Shown: positions 38,100 through 53,500 of the stretch, piece by piece
Position numbering within the stretch: the stretch's first letter is position 1
How the letters are laid out: each line of letters begins with the position of its first letter
Source: Dimorphilus gyrociliatus
Lineage: Eukaryota; Animalia; Annelida
Length of the DNA stretch: 64,000 nt
Assembly: GCA_904063045.1 (NCBI GenBank)
Contig: CAJFCJ010000002.1
Coordinates: forward strand, 434,001-498,000
Direction of reading: 5' to 3'
Notes under the pieces: generated by a model
The model's database searches: none
What the model was told of the DNA's origin: nothing
Seen by the model: only the letters and a program-made list of their open reading frames with translations
Position numbers and translations under genes: made by a program

Positions 38100-41000
38100 T
38101 TACGGTAAGCTATTCTTGTCTGTTAAAATGTGACCGTTTTGTAGAACCCTGGGTAAGTCGGGGTTGGATGAGTCTAATAAGTTGGAGTTTTGAACAGTAG
38201 AATCCAAAGATGAAGACTGGTTGAGACGAATATTAGGAGTTTGAATCCGGTAATCGCATGCATTTCTCGGAGCGAAATCTGGATAATCAGGATGTAATTC
38301 ACCAATTAGCCAGTAAGTGAATATCGCGCCCTTTCCCTGTTTTAACATTTAATGAATTGTTAAATATATTATCGTCCCATACAGTCAGAAAATTAGCTTA
38401 TTATTGAGGAAAAAATTCTGTGCCCGTTTCGATGATCATTCGAAATGCATTGAGGGGAATATTGTATGCAAGGGACAAGTTGTGATTCAATAGATGGCGC
38501 TTTTTTGATTAATATTTTCCATCTTTTCCTGTATTTAACAGCTATATTTATAGCGAAGATGTTTGAGCATTCTTCGCTTTCTGTTTTCAAAGTTTTATCC
38601 TGTTTTTACATGACTACTCTTACAAGGAATTATTAAGGCTTATAAATGTCTTATATTCCCGCTTGAAAGGAAATTGAACGCAAATTAAATATCCTGTAGT
38701 TTCTTTATATTAGAAATATTTGCTTATGATTCCTTATTTAGCTGTCTCAATTCTAAAATATCAATAGACACTATAATTAATTATATAGAGGCGTAAAAAT
38801 TTATGACTATCTTGATTTATAATTGGTAACATCTGCTTTTACCGTTTTTGTTGATTGCAGACTAGTTGAATTGAAAATATTCCCCTATCATATTCTATTA
38901 TTTTACTTTTAAATAATGTTTTGAAAAGGACTATGCGTAAATTTTTTATATAACTCTAGATAATATCTAATACTAGAAACAAACTTTCATGTCAACTGGT
39001 CCTCGATCTTCTGTTTGGAAGGTTTGGAATTTATCTAATTCAGTTTTCGTCCAGGGACTTATATGAATTTTGAGGGCTGAAAAGAGTTTCAGGTGTTAAT
39101 TAGTTTACATAAAAACAGAATATGTTACCTTCTCCATTACTCTCCATCCGACTTGCAGTATTAACTGTATCCCCGAATAGACAATATCTCGGCATCTTTG
39201 ACCCAACGACACCAGCTAAAACTTCTCCAGTGTGTAATCCTATACGAAGTTTTAACTGATCATTTGGCCTGTGGGGAATTCTGAACGCTTTTACGGCGTT
39301 TAACAAAGCCAAAGACATTCTAGCAATCTCTCTAGCATGGAGATCAGTTCGCTTCGGTAAACCAGAAGCAACCATGTAGGCGTCTCCTATTGTTTCCACC
39401 TATTTTATTTAAAAGATATATTTTTTATTTGAAATTTTAAAGTTGTTTTGTAGATTAGATGAAGCTAATACGCACCTTGTATACATCAAAATTATTGATA
39501 ATGGAATCAAAAGTAGTATATAGTTCATTTAACAAAGTAACGACTTGTTCGGGAGTACTTTCAGCTGATAATTTGGTAAAACCGCATATGTCAGAAAAAT
39601 AAATAGTCACTTGGTTGAACTGCTCTGCTTCCACTTTACCATCCTTCATTAACTGTACAGCAACAGATTTTGGAAGCATCATGTATAATAGGTTTTCAGC
39701 TTTCTTCTTCTCTTCCAAATAATCAGCAGTACGTTCTTCGACTAGGGTTTCCAAATTTTCGGCATAGTGCTGCATACGAGAGAGTAACTGTTCCATTAAT
39801 GGTTCGTTGCCCTGCCTATTAGCCAAATAAAGAGTGAAAATATGAATGACAGATGCGTGAAATTGAAGAAGATGATTTGTAGCACTTACTTATTTACTCG
39901 TTTTAAAGTTGCCCTTAAAGTATGAAAATCGGGCCTCTCTAGAGAATCTTCACTCCAGCATCTTTCTATTACATTTGCCAATTCTTGATAGCTTTCAGCC
40001 GTCTCAAGAGCAGTTTCAATTTCCATTAATGTTGGCCTATAAAAAGGCTTTTGCCTATCCTTTACTTTTCTATATATTTCTGGAGGCTCGAAGTCTTCAC
40101 CATACCGCCAAAATGGTCCATTCCGGTAAATTATTTCCTGACAAATAATCGCGAAGCTGTAAACGTCTCCCTTTTGACTACCAGTATCAACCGGATTCCT
40201 TAATAACTCAGGAGCTGTCCACAATTTACCTAAAGGAGATTAAACAGAGTAAGAGAAATTACCCGTTATTAAAATGCTTAATCTCTTACTTTTATAATAA
40301 GCATAAGTGTCTATGCTCTGTTCTTGATTACTCGAACGCCGCGACCTCAAAGAAAATAATCCGAAATCTGTGATTTTCAAAACAAATCTGCTATCCACTA
40401 CACAATTAGAACTTTTTAAGTTTCCATGAGTTTTTATTTCGCTACTGTGCAAGTAAGACATTCCCTATTGAGAAAAAGTATATTTTTATTATAACACAAT
40501 AAGTTGTAATGAGTCTTTATAAACTAACTGCTGTACGAGCAGTTCTGCTTGTTATTCAGAATGAGAGAGATCATTTCTATATTCATAGATATGTACTTAC
40601 TTTTACAATATCTTGCATTAAAGAGAATTTAAACATAGCATCCAATTTGAGTTGTTCGTTTCCTAGAACATCTTCTAAACTTCCCTTAGAGCAATATTCC
40701 GATATTATACATTGATTAGGTTCATCTATACAAAAACCAATGAAGCGGACAATATGATCATTTTGTAAATCCTTCATCTAAATTTTTAGAAAACAAAACA
40801 ATTTTTTATATTACCCTCCATATAATACTTATTTCTGTAGACCAACCCTTTTAAATTCCAAAAGTATACTTTTTGAAGGTGGATTTGCCACAGGTTTAGA
40901 TATCTTTTTTATTGCAACATGAGAATTTTTAAAGTTTCCGACTTTGGTGTACATTTGAGGTCGGCTAAAGTTGTTTAATAAACTAATCATCGACGTATTT

Positions 41001-42344
41001 GTAGATTCGGTTATGGAGTCTCTCTGCTAATGCGAAAAAAAAATCATGTTCTGTTGAAAAAACATTAGCTTGTAAATCATCAAGATAATTACATGTATAT
41101 TAGGAACTCTATAATTATGATCACCGCCACCAAAATCGATATTCTCCCATTGAATTTTCCATAGACTGTCAGGTATTACTCTATCCTTAAAAATTCTGCA
41201 AAAATGCGAAAGTATAAAAGCTCATAATCAAGAGAGTAATATTTTATATCACACCTTCGATATAGGACTACAAAAACAAATCCAAATACGATGAAGATAG
41301 AAACAATAATAATCAGGATAATATAGTAGCTGGGAAAATCTGATGTCGTATAAAGTAAAAGCATTAGAATAGACAGTAAATTTAAATATCATAACATTAC
41401 TTGTTTCTCTGCAGCCTGAGAAACCACACTTTGGAACATCAGGAGGAGGAGCGTCTCTTCCTTCAGGCCAGTGTATTTTATTGGGAGTACTTTCATATTT
41501 TTTACTATTACCATAATAGTTCGCGACAACATGAAATTTTTCACCGTCAGCATTCAAATCGAGTAACGAATAATCGGCATTTCGGTCACCATTAGCGTCA
41601 ATGCTTACAGTACCAGTAATTCCTTTGAAAGTCTTATTCCACATATGACGAGTTATAGTTCCACCGTCGGTTGCATTTTTACCTTCGGCTAAAGTTTCGT
41701 TCAGAGCAAGAGCGTAAAGAATGACAGCATCATGAAAAGCTCCCACAAAACTATTAACTTCCTCATTTTCATCCATTTCTACATCTCCATACATCTCTAC
41801 AGCTTTTTCTCTAACGGCCTTCGAAAAGTTCATATACAGATCACTTTCTGGCTTTTTTAAAGTAACTGTCATGAGGGCATGGTATGCCTTTTTAGCCCTC
41901 GTATCTTTTCCATCACCTCTTACCCAACTCTGTCTACTCTGGTTTTCGCTATGAAAAAAGAAGGAAAACGAAACTTTTAACTATTTGAACAAGATTTGAA
42001 TATAGATATTTCTTAGTGGGTGCTAATTATAAACTATTTGGTAAGCTTGTCTTTTATTTAGTTTATTCTGTTATCTTGCCCTTGGCTAATTTGTACAAAA
42101 CAGCATACGGAAATTGACCAAATAAATTGAGTATCCGTTACATAACAACAAAAAAAATGGTTACTGCTATTTAAAGATTGTTACTTTATATCTATTCCAA
42201 AAGGGAAACTATAATTTTTATGACAATTATACCTGCTAAAGAGGTCAATGTTAAAGAAGACATATTCCCCATTTGTGAAGCCCAACTCGTCGGCTTTAAG
42301 CATGATGTGGCGGACCGAATCAGGATTGGCACAGAGGACAACAA
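38100..42344 (-). CDS. Receptor guanylyl cyclase A constant region (C-terminal ectodomain, TM, kinase-homology, cyclase), 12 exons; no start codon or signal peptide of its own
   Basis: Exons 42344-42233 (phase-1 acceptor tttcAG|[52 protein letters not shown]), 41948-41401, 41339-41255 (TM), 41195-41093, 41026-40847, 40777-40601, 40464-40290, 40229-39890, 39815-39476, 39399-39129, 39076-38985, 38336-38100; all phases are consistent and catalytic motifs are intact. Confidence 0.93.
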
Positions 42345-43231
42345 CTGAAAATTTTAAATGGATTTAGTTATGAAAATAACAATTAAAACAAAGGAGATCG
42401 ATAATTATAATTATGATATGAAATAATAATGAGGTGCACTCTTATATTTGCCCCTGAGGTTCTGTTCACTCAATATAAAAAACATTTCAATTTATCTAAC
42501 AAATATGCCTGATTCTAAGAATAATATACTCCATTGACTATTGAAATATTGAGATAAACGACTATATAGTCGTCCAGAAACGAAAGCAATGACAAAAAAA
42601 TTGTCACTATTTTATTAAAATATGCATATAATATACGTCTTTTTGCTTAATATCGAGGAACTCAACCCAGATATACAAGATTTATTCATAAAATGCCTAC
42701 TATATGAATTAATCTCGTAATTAATATTGTTAGCAATTTAGGGACTGTTCGATTTTTCGAATTATTCGCTCGAAAAGACACAGTATTGAATTAAAATTTC
42801 GATATCCTGCAGCGAATCTTTAATCTCGCCTGATCGACAAATCGGGACAAAAACGGTCCACCAGAGATCGGTTATATAAAGTCGGCTACTAGGTAATAGA
42901 CGCTTTCGATTTTTTTAAGTACAAGCATTATCAGTCATTTTCCCTTGTCTTTACGTTGACAGAGGGTAATTTATCCTTATCAAAGAAATCTTAGGTTCGT
43001 TTACTTAGCCAAAATGGAATAAAAACGTCGGACAAATATTTACGGTAGTAGCGATATAAAAGAAAGCAGCAAGGACTGGCGCAAACTCTCGATTAATACT
43101 GACTGAAATGTTATAGTACTACCAAGTAGGGTTTTGACGTGGATGGCTCAAATTCTATAAATTTATAGTTAGAAATCCAAATATGATTAAATCATTAGTT
43201 GTTTGACCACTTAAATGTAAAACACCCCAAC

Positions 43232-43928
43232 CTCTGGAGTTTGGTCGAACTTTCTCTTGCAGAATAGTACCAAATATGTCATCCAGGACCGTAATGTTCT
43301 CAAACTCATCAAACATCTGGAAGTTTATTTTCATTACTTCTCTATGTTTCCATCCAAAAGAAGATGCTAAATCAGAGCAAGTTGACTGTCCGTTATATTT
43401 TGTTATATAGTTATCATGATACATAAAGGTTACATGCTTGTAATTGAAATTATCTAAAATGGCTTTCAAAAAGTAAGTCGTATCTGAGAATGTTCCCATA
43501 GCCCTTGTTAGAAGGGGAAAGAATGCATCCTTCACTAAAAATGCATCATTCCATCCGCCGAGAGAAATGAGGGGTAACTGCCAACGTTCGCCATTCAGGC
43601 GGGCTACAGTTGATAGGGCAAATTTACAACAAGGTCCAAAAAAAACGTGAACTTTATCAATATTATAAAAATCCATAGCACAAAATATTCCCGTAGTATC
43701 CTTGCATTCTGAGTCTTTAAAAAAAGGTTCAATGGCGAAAACATCCTTATATATTTGATTTACAGTATTCACTGCAATATTTATTGCAGCCGTAACTTTA
43801 ATATAATGAGAACAAGCCTTAATATCTGATTTCTTTGGGTGAATTATTCCGATCTTGATGTTTTGTACTTTCGAATTCACGTCAATAGTCAGGTACATAA
43901 ACAAAAGAAGAGTTTGAGTCCAGAACAT
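43232..43928 (-). CDS. Variable first coding exon V43 of rGC-A
   Basis: 697 nt (232 codons +1); signal MFWTQTLLLFMYLTIDVNS; IKIGIIHP, DSECKD, GPCCKF; donor AGA G|GTTGGG, phase 1. Confidence 0.88.
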
Positions 43929-46772
43929 TTGTAAATTTACATATCAATAGCTGTAGAACTACTTTAAAACTTTCTTTTACTTAAGTAAGTGTATTACAAA
44001 AGTTTTCTTAAGTCAAACATATGTATATAAAAATTTAATATCAAATTTTCGGGAGACTTGACAAACGTTCGAAGCGGCGAATAAACTGCAACTGAAAAAC
44101 TACATACGTAACAAATACTTGGTAGAGATTTTAGGCCTATTCATTAAGTAGAAACGATTTTTCGTAAAGCTTAAAGAAAGTGTAAATAAAGCTAAATATG
44201 AAATGGATAAGCGTTTTGTATTGTGTTGATCAAGTTAACAAATTTTGATTTACTGCTAGGATAATATTCACTGAATGATTAGGTCAAAATACGCTTGTAT
44301 AGGAACTTCTTCGATCTATTAATTAAACTTAAGAAGTTGTCTGTTAATTTTGAGTGTTACACGACCTTTCGATCAAACTGGGCAGATGTTTACACTACTC
44401 TACCAACATATGACCGGCTGTTGTAGAAAATCACCTCGAACTTTATAGCTTAGAAGTTACTCCTAGTTATCAGGCTTACTCGTTAATAACATTAAATATG
44501 TGTTTCCTTACTTAAAGCCTATAATTAAAAGCACCTTCAAAAGAGTTAGGATAAATTTTCTTAACAATAGATGGCGTTTACTTTCCTTTTTATAGAAAGT
44601 TGAAATTAAAAAAAGACTAGTCTGTTTTCTTAGTGTAATAGTACAGTAATATTCTTTGAAAAGGTTTGAAATGGATAAAAATAACCTGTAAAACAAATAA
44701 AAAGACAAAAAAGTACTTATCCATATCAAAAGACAGTTGGTTGATAAGAATCGATTATTATTCGTTTAGTCAAAAAAAAGAAAACAAAAATTAAAGAATT
44801 TTTCAAATCCCTGTTTACAATGTGCTTAATAAAGCAAATAATTTTTAAGTGAACTAGGATATCCGTTAGAGGGCTGTATCGTACTGAAAACGTTTTAAAA
44901 GCGTTCTCCATTGAGCGCCCCCGAGCGGTTTGGATCGGAGTCGATAATATAAATGCGTTTCGTTTCCCTACTAAGAACTTTCGTTACCGAAAGATAGAAT
45001 ACAATACAAATGATTTCCACCAAGAACGCATATATTGATTACGAAGTTTCTAAACGTCAATTACAACTTCAGTTAGTCATTTAGCAAGTGTTTTATAGAG
45101 TTTCTACCAAAGTATTATACGAACATACATATTCTATTTAGGTATTCAGTTTAATACCATATGTACCTGATATAGAATAAATAGGTAGTAATAAAAAGCA
45201 TATTGATGAAAATACGCTGTAAATAGTATGACTTAGTTTTTCCTTTTTATAAAAGTCTTTTTTCTCTGTTCTCATCTTAAAAGCGATTGTCTTAAAAGTT
45301 TTCTTTCGTTTTTTGTTTTTCATTCTCATGAAAAACTTTTAGAGGTAATTCTCAAATTACGAGAGCTTTAACAAACGTGACCATAATTACTGATGGAATT
45401 AACCAAATTAATACGCTGTAACAGTTAAGCCACAGCAAAGATCGAAACCAGACAATTTTTAGAGTTAAAATTAGAACTACTTAAATCTATAGAGTAGTAG
45501 TCGATTTGCAAAAGCCATAAAATGTTCGATAGTAGTAAATAATCAGTTGGTTAGCGTGTCAAATATTAACTAATATCACAATTATGATAAGATATATTTT
45601 CTTTCTATTGTAAGATGCAGAGAGGTAAGAAGGAAGTTACGTCCATCGCAAACGGTTTAAGTTTATGGGAAAAGCTCTTCCAATACATATTTACTAGAAA
45701 AATTTTTTGGTTTTGATTAACTGCTGGGCGCCTAATAATTAATTAAATACGTGCGATTATTTAAATCTTTTACTACAAATATAAGTTTATTTGTGCCTAT
45801 TCCTTTGAATAAAAAATTACAAATTGTATACAAAACAACCTTATTTGCAGGGATTTACAGTTACAAGAGCTTGTTTCTTAGGCCTAATCATTGTATCTTA
45901 AACACGGTTGACTTGAAGTTAGAAAGTAATTAAAGTCGACAGCAAATTGACATGATTACCGGAAAAGTAACGGAACAGGAAATGGACAGGTAGATATCTA
46001 GCAAGTTCTCTTTCAAAATACTTGGAAAAAGAAGTGAGACGTAAACAATAAAAGAAAATATGAAAAAATCTCCGCATTAGGCAAAGTAACTCTTATACAT
46101 ACTGGCAATCGAATAAATTAGACGCCTTTTATTCGTTGACTGACTATGCTTACCATTGGATAGAAATCAATTGAACTAGCTTGGGCGTCATAATTCTAAG
46201 ATAGGATATAGCTCAAGTCGGCTTTTTTATCTCTTTTTTTTATCTCTTACCTTTCAGTAGGAACAAAAATAAGCCAGAGGCTTGTTTAATATAATTTCAT
46301 TACTCTACGCGTACGTGCTCGTCCCTAAATAGGCCTAAAAGAGATGCCACTTTCTCTCGTTTTATCTCAAAATTAGCGTACGAATATTTACTGAAACGTA
46401 AGAGACAATAAGTTGCATCATATTTCTCCCAATAGATTTTCAAAACAAGTTTTATCCATTGATTTAGAAATAATATAAGAATATAATTCTTTGATTGTCA
46501 ATTTACGTTTTAGGGAAATAGACTGACGAAATAATCGGTATTGATTAATGTAATTAATTGTTAAGCATTGATAGCAATTAATTTGTCTTGCCCTTTTTTT
46601 AATTTTTTAAACGATAGTCCTAATACAATAGGGAATGGTGGGAAGAGAAGTAGATCAGAGCTAATACCAGGTATAAGAAAAGATGAAAAAGATGGAATTA
46701 GAAGAAGTAATGGATTACGATTAAATCGAGAGGAGCTAAAATATATTATGCTTGATATAGAAATTTTCATAC

Positions 46773-47520
46773 TTGCATTATTTTTTGCTTTAGTGAGAGT
46801 CTTTTCTATGTCGTTCTGATCAAAGATTAGATAGAGAAATTTCTTTTTCGACTTCTTTACAAAACTATTTGCGAACATGTAACAAAACCTATTAAGTACA
46901 CCCAGATCGGCATCGTTGTCGTATATTAATGCAGCCTTTTTCCATTGCATTTCCTCGAATATTTTAAAAAAGAAACCTGCTAATGACCATGTTGATATTT
47001 CGCTGGAGGATCTGGTGACTAGAGAATAGTCTGATTTCTTCCTTTCTGTGGTCCATTCGAAAGCCATGCCTCCAGCTGTAACTGTTGGTATATTCCAGAC
47101 AGAAGAAAATCGGGAAATTTGCACTAAAGCATAATCAAAAACCGGTCCAAAAAAGACGTTTATTCCATGGTACATATATAATTCCATTCCTGCTCTCATA
47201 GCCAACTTGGCTGAGCAGTTAGAGTCACGATAAAATAATTCAACGTTTTCTTTCTTTAGAATATCCTTCTTGTTAGCGTAATCTAGCGCAAGTTCAATAC
47301 CAGGCGCTATCATTTTAATACTGAATAAATTACGACTATCCCGAGGTAGAATGACAGCCATCTTCACTTTTCCATTATTAGAGCTGCTATTTTGACATAC
47401 ATGATCATATTGTATATTAGAGCCATTAAAAAGTCCTTTCCAATGTTTAAATCGACGGCTTGATTTTGTTAATGTGAAAGAAATAATAAAGAACAATAGT
47501 AGAAGCTTCCCGTGACTCAT
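46773..47520 (-). CDS. Variable first coding exon V47 of rGC-A
   Basis: 748 nt (249 codons +1); signal MSHGKLLLLFFIISFTLTKS; KMAVILP, DSNCS, GPVFDY, VTAGG; donor GCA A|GTATGA, phase 1. Confidence 0.85.
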
Positions 47521-50500
47521 TTTAATTATATTCTTGTAGCAGCACTAGGAGAATTTACGTCATTGACTTTTTATTATCTTCTGATAAATATTGAAGATAA
47601 CTTACACGTTTCTTTGACGAGATAAAAATAAAAACATTCTAGTAAGGATACCGTCCTCTTCGAAAGACGGCAGTAAACTGATAATGCAGTGTGGTTGCGC
47701 TCATGCTTTCAGAGACAGGAATGATAACAGCCTACCTTTGGCGCTATTGTAGCCGTAATACATGTTGAAGTTTGCTAGTTTACATCAAACGTATACAATT
47801 GAGTAAATTAGGTAATTATGAAATAGATACCTATTTTATATATATTTCTTTGTCTTTATAAGTAATTTTTCTCGTTCATGACAAAATAAAGCTATAAATA
47901 TTACAGCGAAAGACTTTTTTATTTACGGATTAATAAATGAATATAAATATACATCAATTTACACAAAAGCGACTATTACTGTAAACATTGAGTTAGATTA
48001 CCAAAGTAACAAATAGAAAAGCTTTTCTGGATGACTTAGTATAAGATATTTTATATTGCTTTAGTTTAGAAATTATGACCTTGGTCACAAATGTTTGCTA
48101 TTAGAATAGCCCTCATACAGAACAAAATGAGAATTAATATTAACAATAGCTAGGCACAAAAAAAGATTATTCTTTCAACAAAATCGACGTAAGAAAATCG
48201 ATTATAATGGATTTAACAAAGATTATTGTACAATGCTTATAATTTTAAAAGAATTAGCACCTCTCCCTCTTTTTTAAATATACAACATTCTCAGGTCGTG
48301 TGCATTTTTAACTAAGCAAAATCATTAGAAACTAAGCAGTTGGTCGCTTAGAGTAAGCATCTTTGTGAAGGGTACTTGTGGTTTATGACAGAATGCTGTA
48401 TTTGGTTCGATTCTATATTTTCAACTGTTTTATGGACAAAACACTAAACTGGAATCAATTTTGTTGTTCGTGTAAATTACTGGAATATTTGTGAAGTCTA
48501 GTCATACTAAAGCATTCTTTTGTTACATGTCTTATGTTTCTCAACCATTTTAGATGTTATATTCAGCATCTCTTTCTACTTTTTCAGCTTCTCTTCGTAA
48601 TCAGAAACTGCATATACTTTAATACTGTTAGTCAGTATTATTCTATTAATAATATTTTTCTTTTGTATACGTTTAACAGACAAATAAAAATACTTTTGTT
48701 GTTTCTAAAATCAAACGAAATGAATAAAGCAAATCACTATTATGGGAAAGCTATATAACTTCCAAGATATAGCTTAATTTGATTCCTTTCAAAGAACGAC
48801 TTTTTAAGATAGACGTTATACGTACTATGACTACTATGTATGTTATGTCTCGCTTACTGTTACTGATCAATCTACAATAAATATGCATATTTTATACTAT
48901 TAATATTATTATTGTTGTTTTCTATTTGTTTGTATATATTAAAATTGTCGGATATAGCCTGTCTCGTGGTTTTCTGAGTGAGTAGTTTTTACCCCCGCAG
49001 TGCCAAAACCAATCTTATTTTATGCTTAACTTAACAAAACAAAAAAGAAAAGACTAATCGTTTTGCACTTGATCAACTTAATGGCAATTCATGTTTGTCA
49101 TGAAGAATGTTTATAACATTATCCCGATATTTATTAAGTGACGTAAATAAAAAGCGTTTAATGCGTTAAAAGTATAACTCTATTTTTATAACTTAATTTG
49201 GAAATACTGTTTACTTTTAATTATTTTTTTTGCAGTATTAGTTTGCGGCATTTAAATGAAAGGAAAATGGAACTCTAACAGAATAATTCCTAGAGCTATT
49301 ACTTTTACGAAAAGAGGAAAAGGGCAAAATGAATTTATAAATAAATCTGTCTTAACGTACACCTGAATAATTTCAAACTACGTGCTCCAAAAGTACACTT
49401 TTAAAGTACTCCGTCCGTTTCAAAGAGGCCTTTTCCATCGATTTTTATCTTTTATAAGTTGCACTATTAGTATATTAACTACAACCTCTTTTCCGGAGAT
49501 GCTACAAGCTATTGAACAAAAAATATATTAAAAAGATTTGTCCTCCAAACCTAATAAAAGTGGATGGTAACAGTATACAATTACAAATGAAATCCTCAGC
49601 TATCCGAATAGCAATCTTATGCAAAAACGAAACGACAACGATTTTTCTATAAAAAAAAAAACAGGAAGAATATGCATTTGGCAACATCTTATCATTCCCG
49701 AATACAAGCGCTAAACTACCTAAAGGTTAAAATCGGGAGGTTGGAGGAAAACGGAAGTTGAGAAAAAAACGGAAGTCGGAATGTAATCGCATGCGGGTCC
49801 TAAGTGTTACGTTCAGCGAGGGATGAAAGACGAAGTGTTGGCTGACGATTATAGGGATAACGATTGTTCCATACATCAAAAAATTTCTGTAAAATATCCA
49901 GTCTTTCTTCTCAAAACTGCACAATAAAAACTTTTGAAAATTATCATGGTGGTGTACTTGTTATAGCTACTTTACAAGGAGGGAATATTAGCTAACTAGC
50001 TAGCTATCTCAAGGAAAGAATCACACCTATTTTAATAATACCATTAGATAATTTGGCGTTGTCTTTTATTCTTTTCAAATGTAATTTATCTTCGCATAAC
50101 TTTCTTTCACGGTGAAAAGTCTCGGGGACAATAAAACTGATTAGGCCAATTACTTAGAATAAGGGCCAAAACGTGCGTAAATCTTGTAAACAAGTTGGGT
50201 CAGGTAGTCATCAAAAACAATAGGACAAAGCGTGTATTCTTTACATTACTCTTTTTGTGAAAAGTAAAGAAATTGGTAAAAATTTAATTAAATGTTTTAC
50301 AAGACATCTCACCTTGTAATACATATAGAATATCCCTTAAAATTAATTCATACGGAAGTTTTTCATCGTTTAACGATGACTTCTGAACAATTAAACTAAC
50401 AATTAGAAAAAGAATCTTTTCTTTTTCAAATTTATTGCATTATGTTAACCTATTTTATAAAACGTGATTTGAATAAAGAAATGTCCTATGATGTTTCTTT

Positions 50501-53500
50501 TATAGAGTTGAAATCTAGTGTATTGATTTATATTCCCATCCTTTTATGTTACTCTTCTATTTTGGAATAGTCATTACAAAAATATTGTAGCCTTTCAATA
50601 CTGTTTGATTTAAGAGATGTGAAGATTTATCTCTCATGGTTTATCGCTATAATATACACTGACTAGTCTTTGTATGTTAAGATGTATAGAAGAGATCTAC
50701 AAACTGCAAACTCTCTAGTTTTTTAAACGGTTTAGAGAGTTTTAGTTTACCTCTTTTCGATTTTGGACTCCATCCCGAAGGGAATTTGTCATTTTTCTTG
50801 TGTCTCTTAGAACAACTAAGTTGTGCCAATAGTGTTTCTAGAGGATAGGCAATTTCGCTTTTGTAGATTTCTCTTCTTTCGTTGGTAAAAGCTACACTTT
50901 CAGATAAATAATGTTTAAAAGATCATGAGAAACATCGTGCTGCTATAATTGTAAGTTTTCATATCCTAATAGTCACACACCTGGAGCAAGAACTAAATCG
51001 TCTGCTGGATCAATAATTACTAATATACCTTTGAAGGTATATATCTCTACTGTTCACATAGTAGGATATCTCAAGTCTGATCGGGAATCTTCAAAGTACA
51101 AATTAAATCTTTTTTTTAGGAAGCATTTCTCTAACTTTATCAATAGCCGGCTTTACAAAGGGTGCTGTCGTTTTGATAAAATATATAATATATCTTCTTG
51201 TTTAGGAACTAAAATGGCAATATTGATGCAATTATTTAGTAATAGTAGATTTCGTTCCGCTCCTCTCTATGCAAAAGTAGTAGCAGAATCAAATTCCCAA
51301 TTATTAATGTAATTTTCAATTGACAATATAAATGACAATTCATTTAACAACACACCTATCAATAACGAGCTTGGGTGAATATGTATAGAAACAAAGTTAA
51401 AAAATAACTTCTGACGTTTTTTTCCTTTTAGAATACGCGATGAGTATAGATTTATTATAATGCTTAATTTAGATTAAGATATTATCTTAAAATCCTTAAA
51501 GAGAAATTTGGTTAGCTATTTATAAAAATACTTGTAATAAGTATTAAAATAAGTTTACGTATGCAAAAATTTATTTACAATTCAACTCAGTGAGTCAACG
51601 ATTATAGCATTCTGTTTAAAGCGAACAATAGAATTTGCGCTAATATAATTAAGATTGAAATATAGAGGGAAGGAAGTGGTTTACATTAATCGATTGTTTT
51701 CGTTCTGCTGAAATATTAACTTTGCTGTCAAACGTTGACAGTTAAACTCGACGATACTTTACTGTAAAGAAACTACGATTTAAAATGTTACAAGGCTCGC
51801 TTGCTCTTTCTGAGTAGACAATATTTTATTCTATTGCTATATGTTTTAATTCACATTGCTCTTGATACTAATAAAAGGAGATGCTAGATGAGTAGTTTTC
51901 TCGACAAGAAGAAGGAGAGAAACTATGTGAAAACAAGGAGAGAACCTTGAAAGTTATTTTTTTTTTAATGAATAATAATTGATGTAGAAGTTAATGCATA
52001 GTTTTGATCTCGGAAGTAAAGCTGGTATTTCTTATCGGATATATATGTTATCTACATTTTATAGAGAATACCTTAATTATTTATCATTGTATAGGACTTC
52101 CTCAGTGAGATAATGTACACAAAAAAGCAAATTATTATCATCAATTATTAAAACGTAAGTTTGATGAAGAACTAAATAAAGAGAGAATAAGTATAAATCT
52201 AGTTGATTCGATACTTGCATAGCTATCAGTAGTCTCATAATAAAGAAAAAAATTTTCTCATATTCGTATAAAGACTCATTTATATTAGAAAAATGTTCTA
52301 CAATGTACGAATTCATCATGCTCTCTATACGTCTATTGAAAGGAGGTCTTATCTGAATTATACTTAGCACAAAAGATGGCGCATCTGGTGCCGAATTATG
52401 ATAATATAGAAATTAACAAAAGAATTTACAACAAAAAATGGTTGCGACATTAAAAGTTATTTTTAGAGATTAACAACAATTTTATCAGATGCCAGATTTA
52501 TTATATTAGGAATTTTAAATAACTTTAATTAAGAAAATAGTTTACTCAGTAATGAAATTTCGTATATTTTGCCTTAGAAAAGATAATAAACGCTGTTGAT
52601 TTAATAGAGCAGAGCCTGTAGTTTTTCAGACGTTAATTAAAAGCGCTTGCTTGCTCTACACCAAACTTAATTGAATTGAAACATTCATTTGTAGTACATA
52701 GTTGGGTTTTTGTTACCTTTATGCGATTTTTAAGCATACTTTAATATCTCAATCTACTAATACACAGTCTCAAGAGGTTTTAAGGACTGAAAGCGATCCT
52801 TTTTTTTGCACCATACTGCGAGAAGGCAATTTCAATGAACATCCATCGCCATCTGCCGGTACACTTGTCGTTTTTAAGAGCTTATAATTCCCATGAGTGA
52901 GCAAAAAACTAGTAAGGTATGGTGACACAACAGCGTAAAAGTGTATCCATTTATATACTTTATATTCGCAATTAAATAGTTTATGTACAACGTAAATGGT
53001 ACGTATAGGTTATTATTAATTCTTCCACGGTGATTTACTCAATTACAAGCCTTCCTGTATAAGTTTCAAATAAGCGTGCTGAGAATATTAGCTTATACAC
53101 CGTATCTAGGACGGAAATTTAGTTGGAATTCTAAATGAGCAATATAATTCTCATTTTATCTATTACTAACTACCACCCACAGTCCAAGAGGGGAATAGAG
53201 AAAAATTGATAGCTATTTATTTTGTATTCAAATAGTATTTACCGGATATGTAAGACTAATAAATCAGTTGTTTATAATGGCTAAAAATACTAATAAAAAC
53301 ACATCTCATTGACAACCTCCGCTTTTTTTTGTGTAAAAAAAAATAATTACATAGAAAAAAGTCAAATTGTCATTTCACAACCTAAGTGTAAAGCTTCACC
53401 TTTAAAAAGCTTCTAGTCGTGCATGTCGCAATTTAACACTGCGGAAACGGAGCCTTGGGTTGTTCATTTTAAAATAGTAGCTATAGATATAATAATAATT

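Noticed and set aside
46561-46772. Hydrophobic 70-aa read-through tail of V47 as a membrane anchor for a decoy isoform
   Set aside because: It begins at the conserved donor and is T-rich, intron-like sequence; it would need intron-retention evidence.
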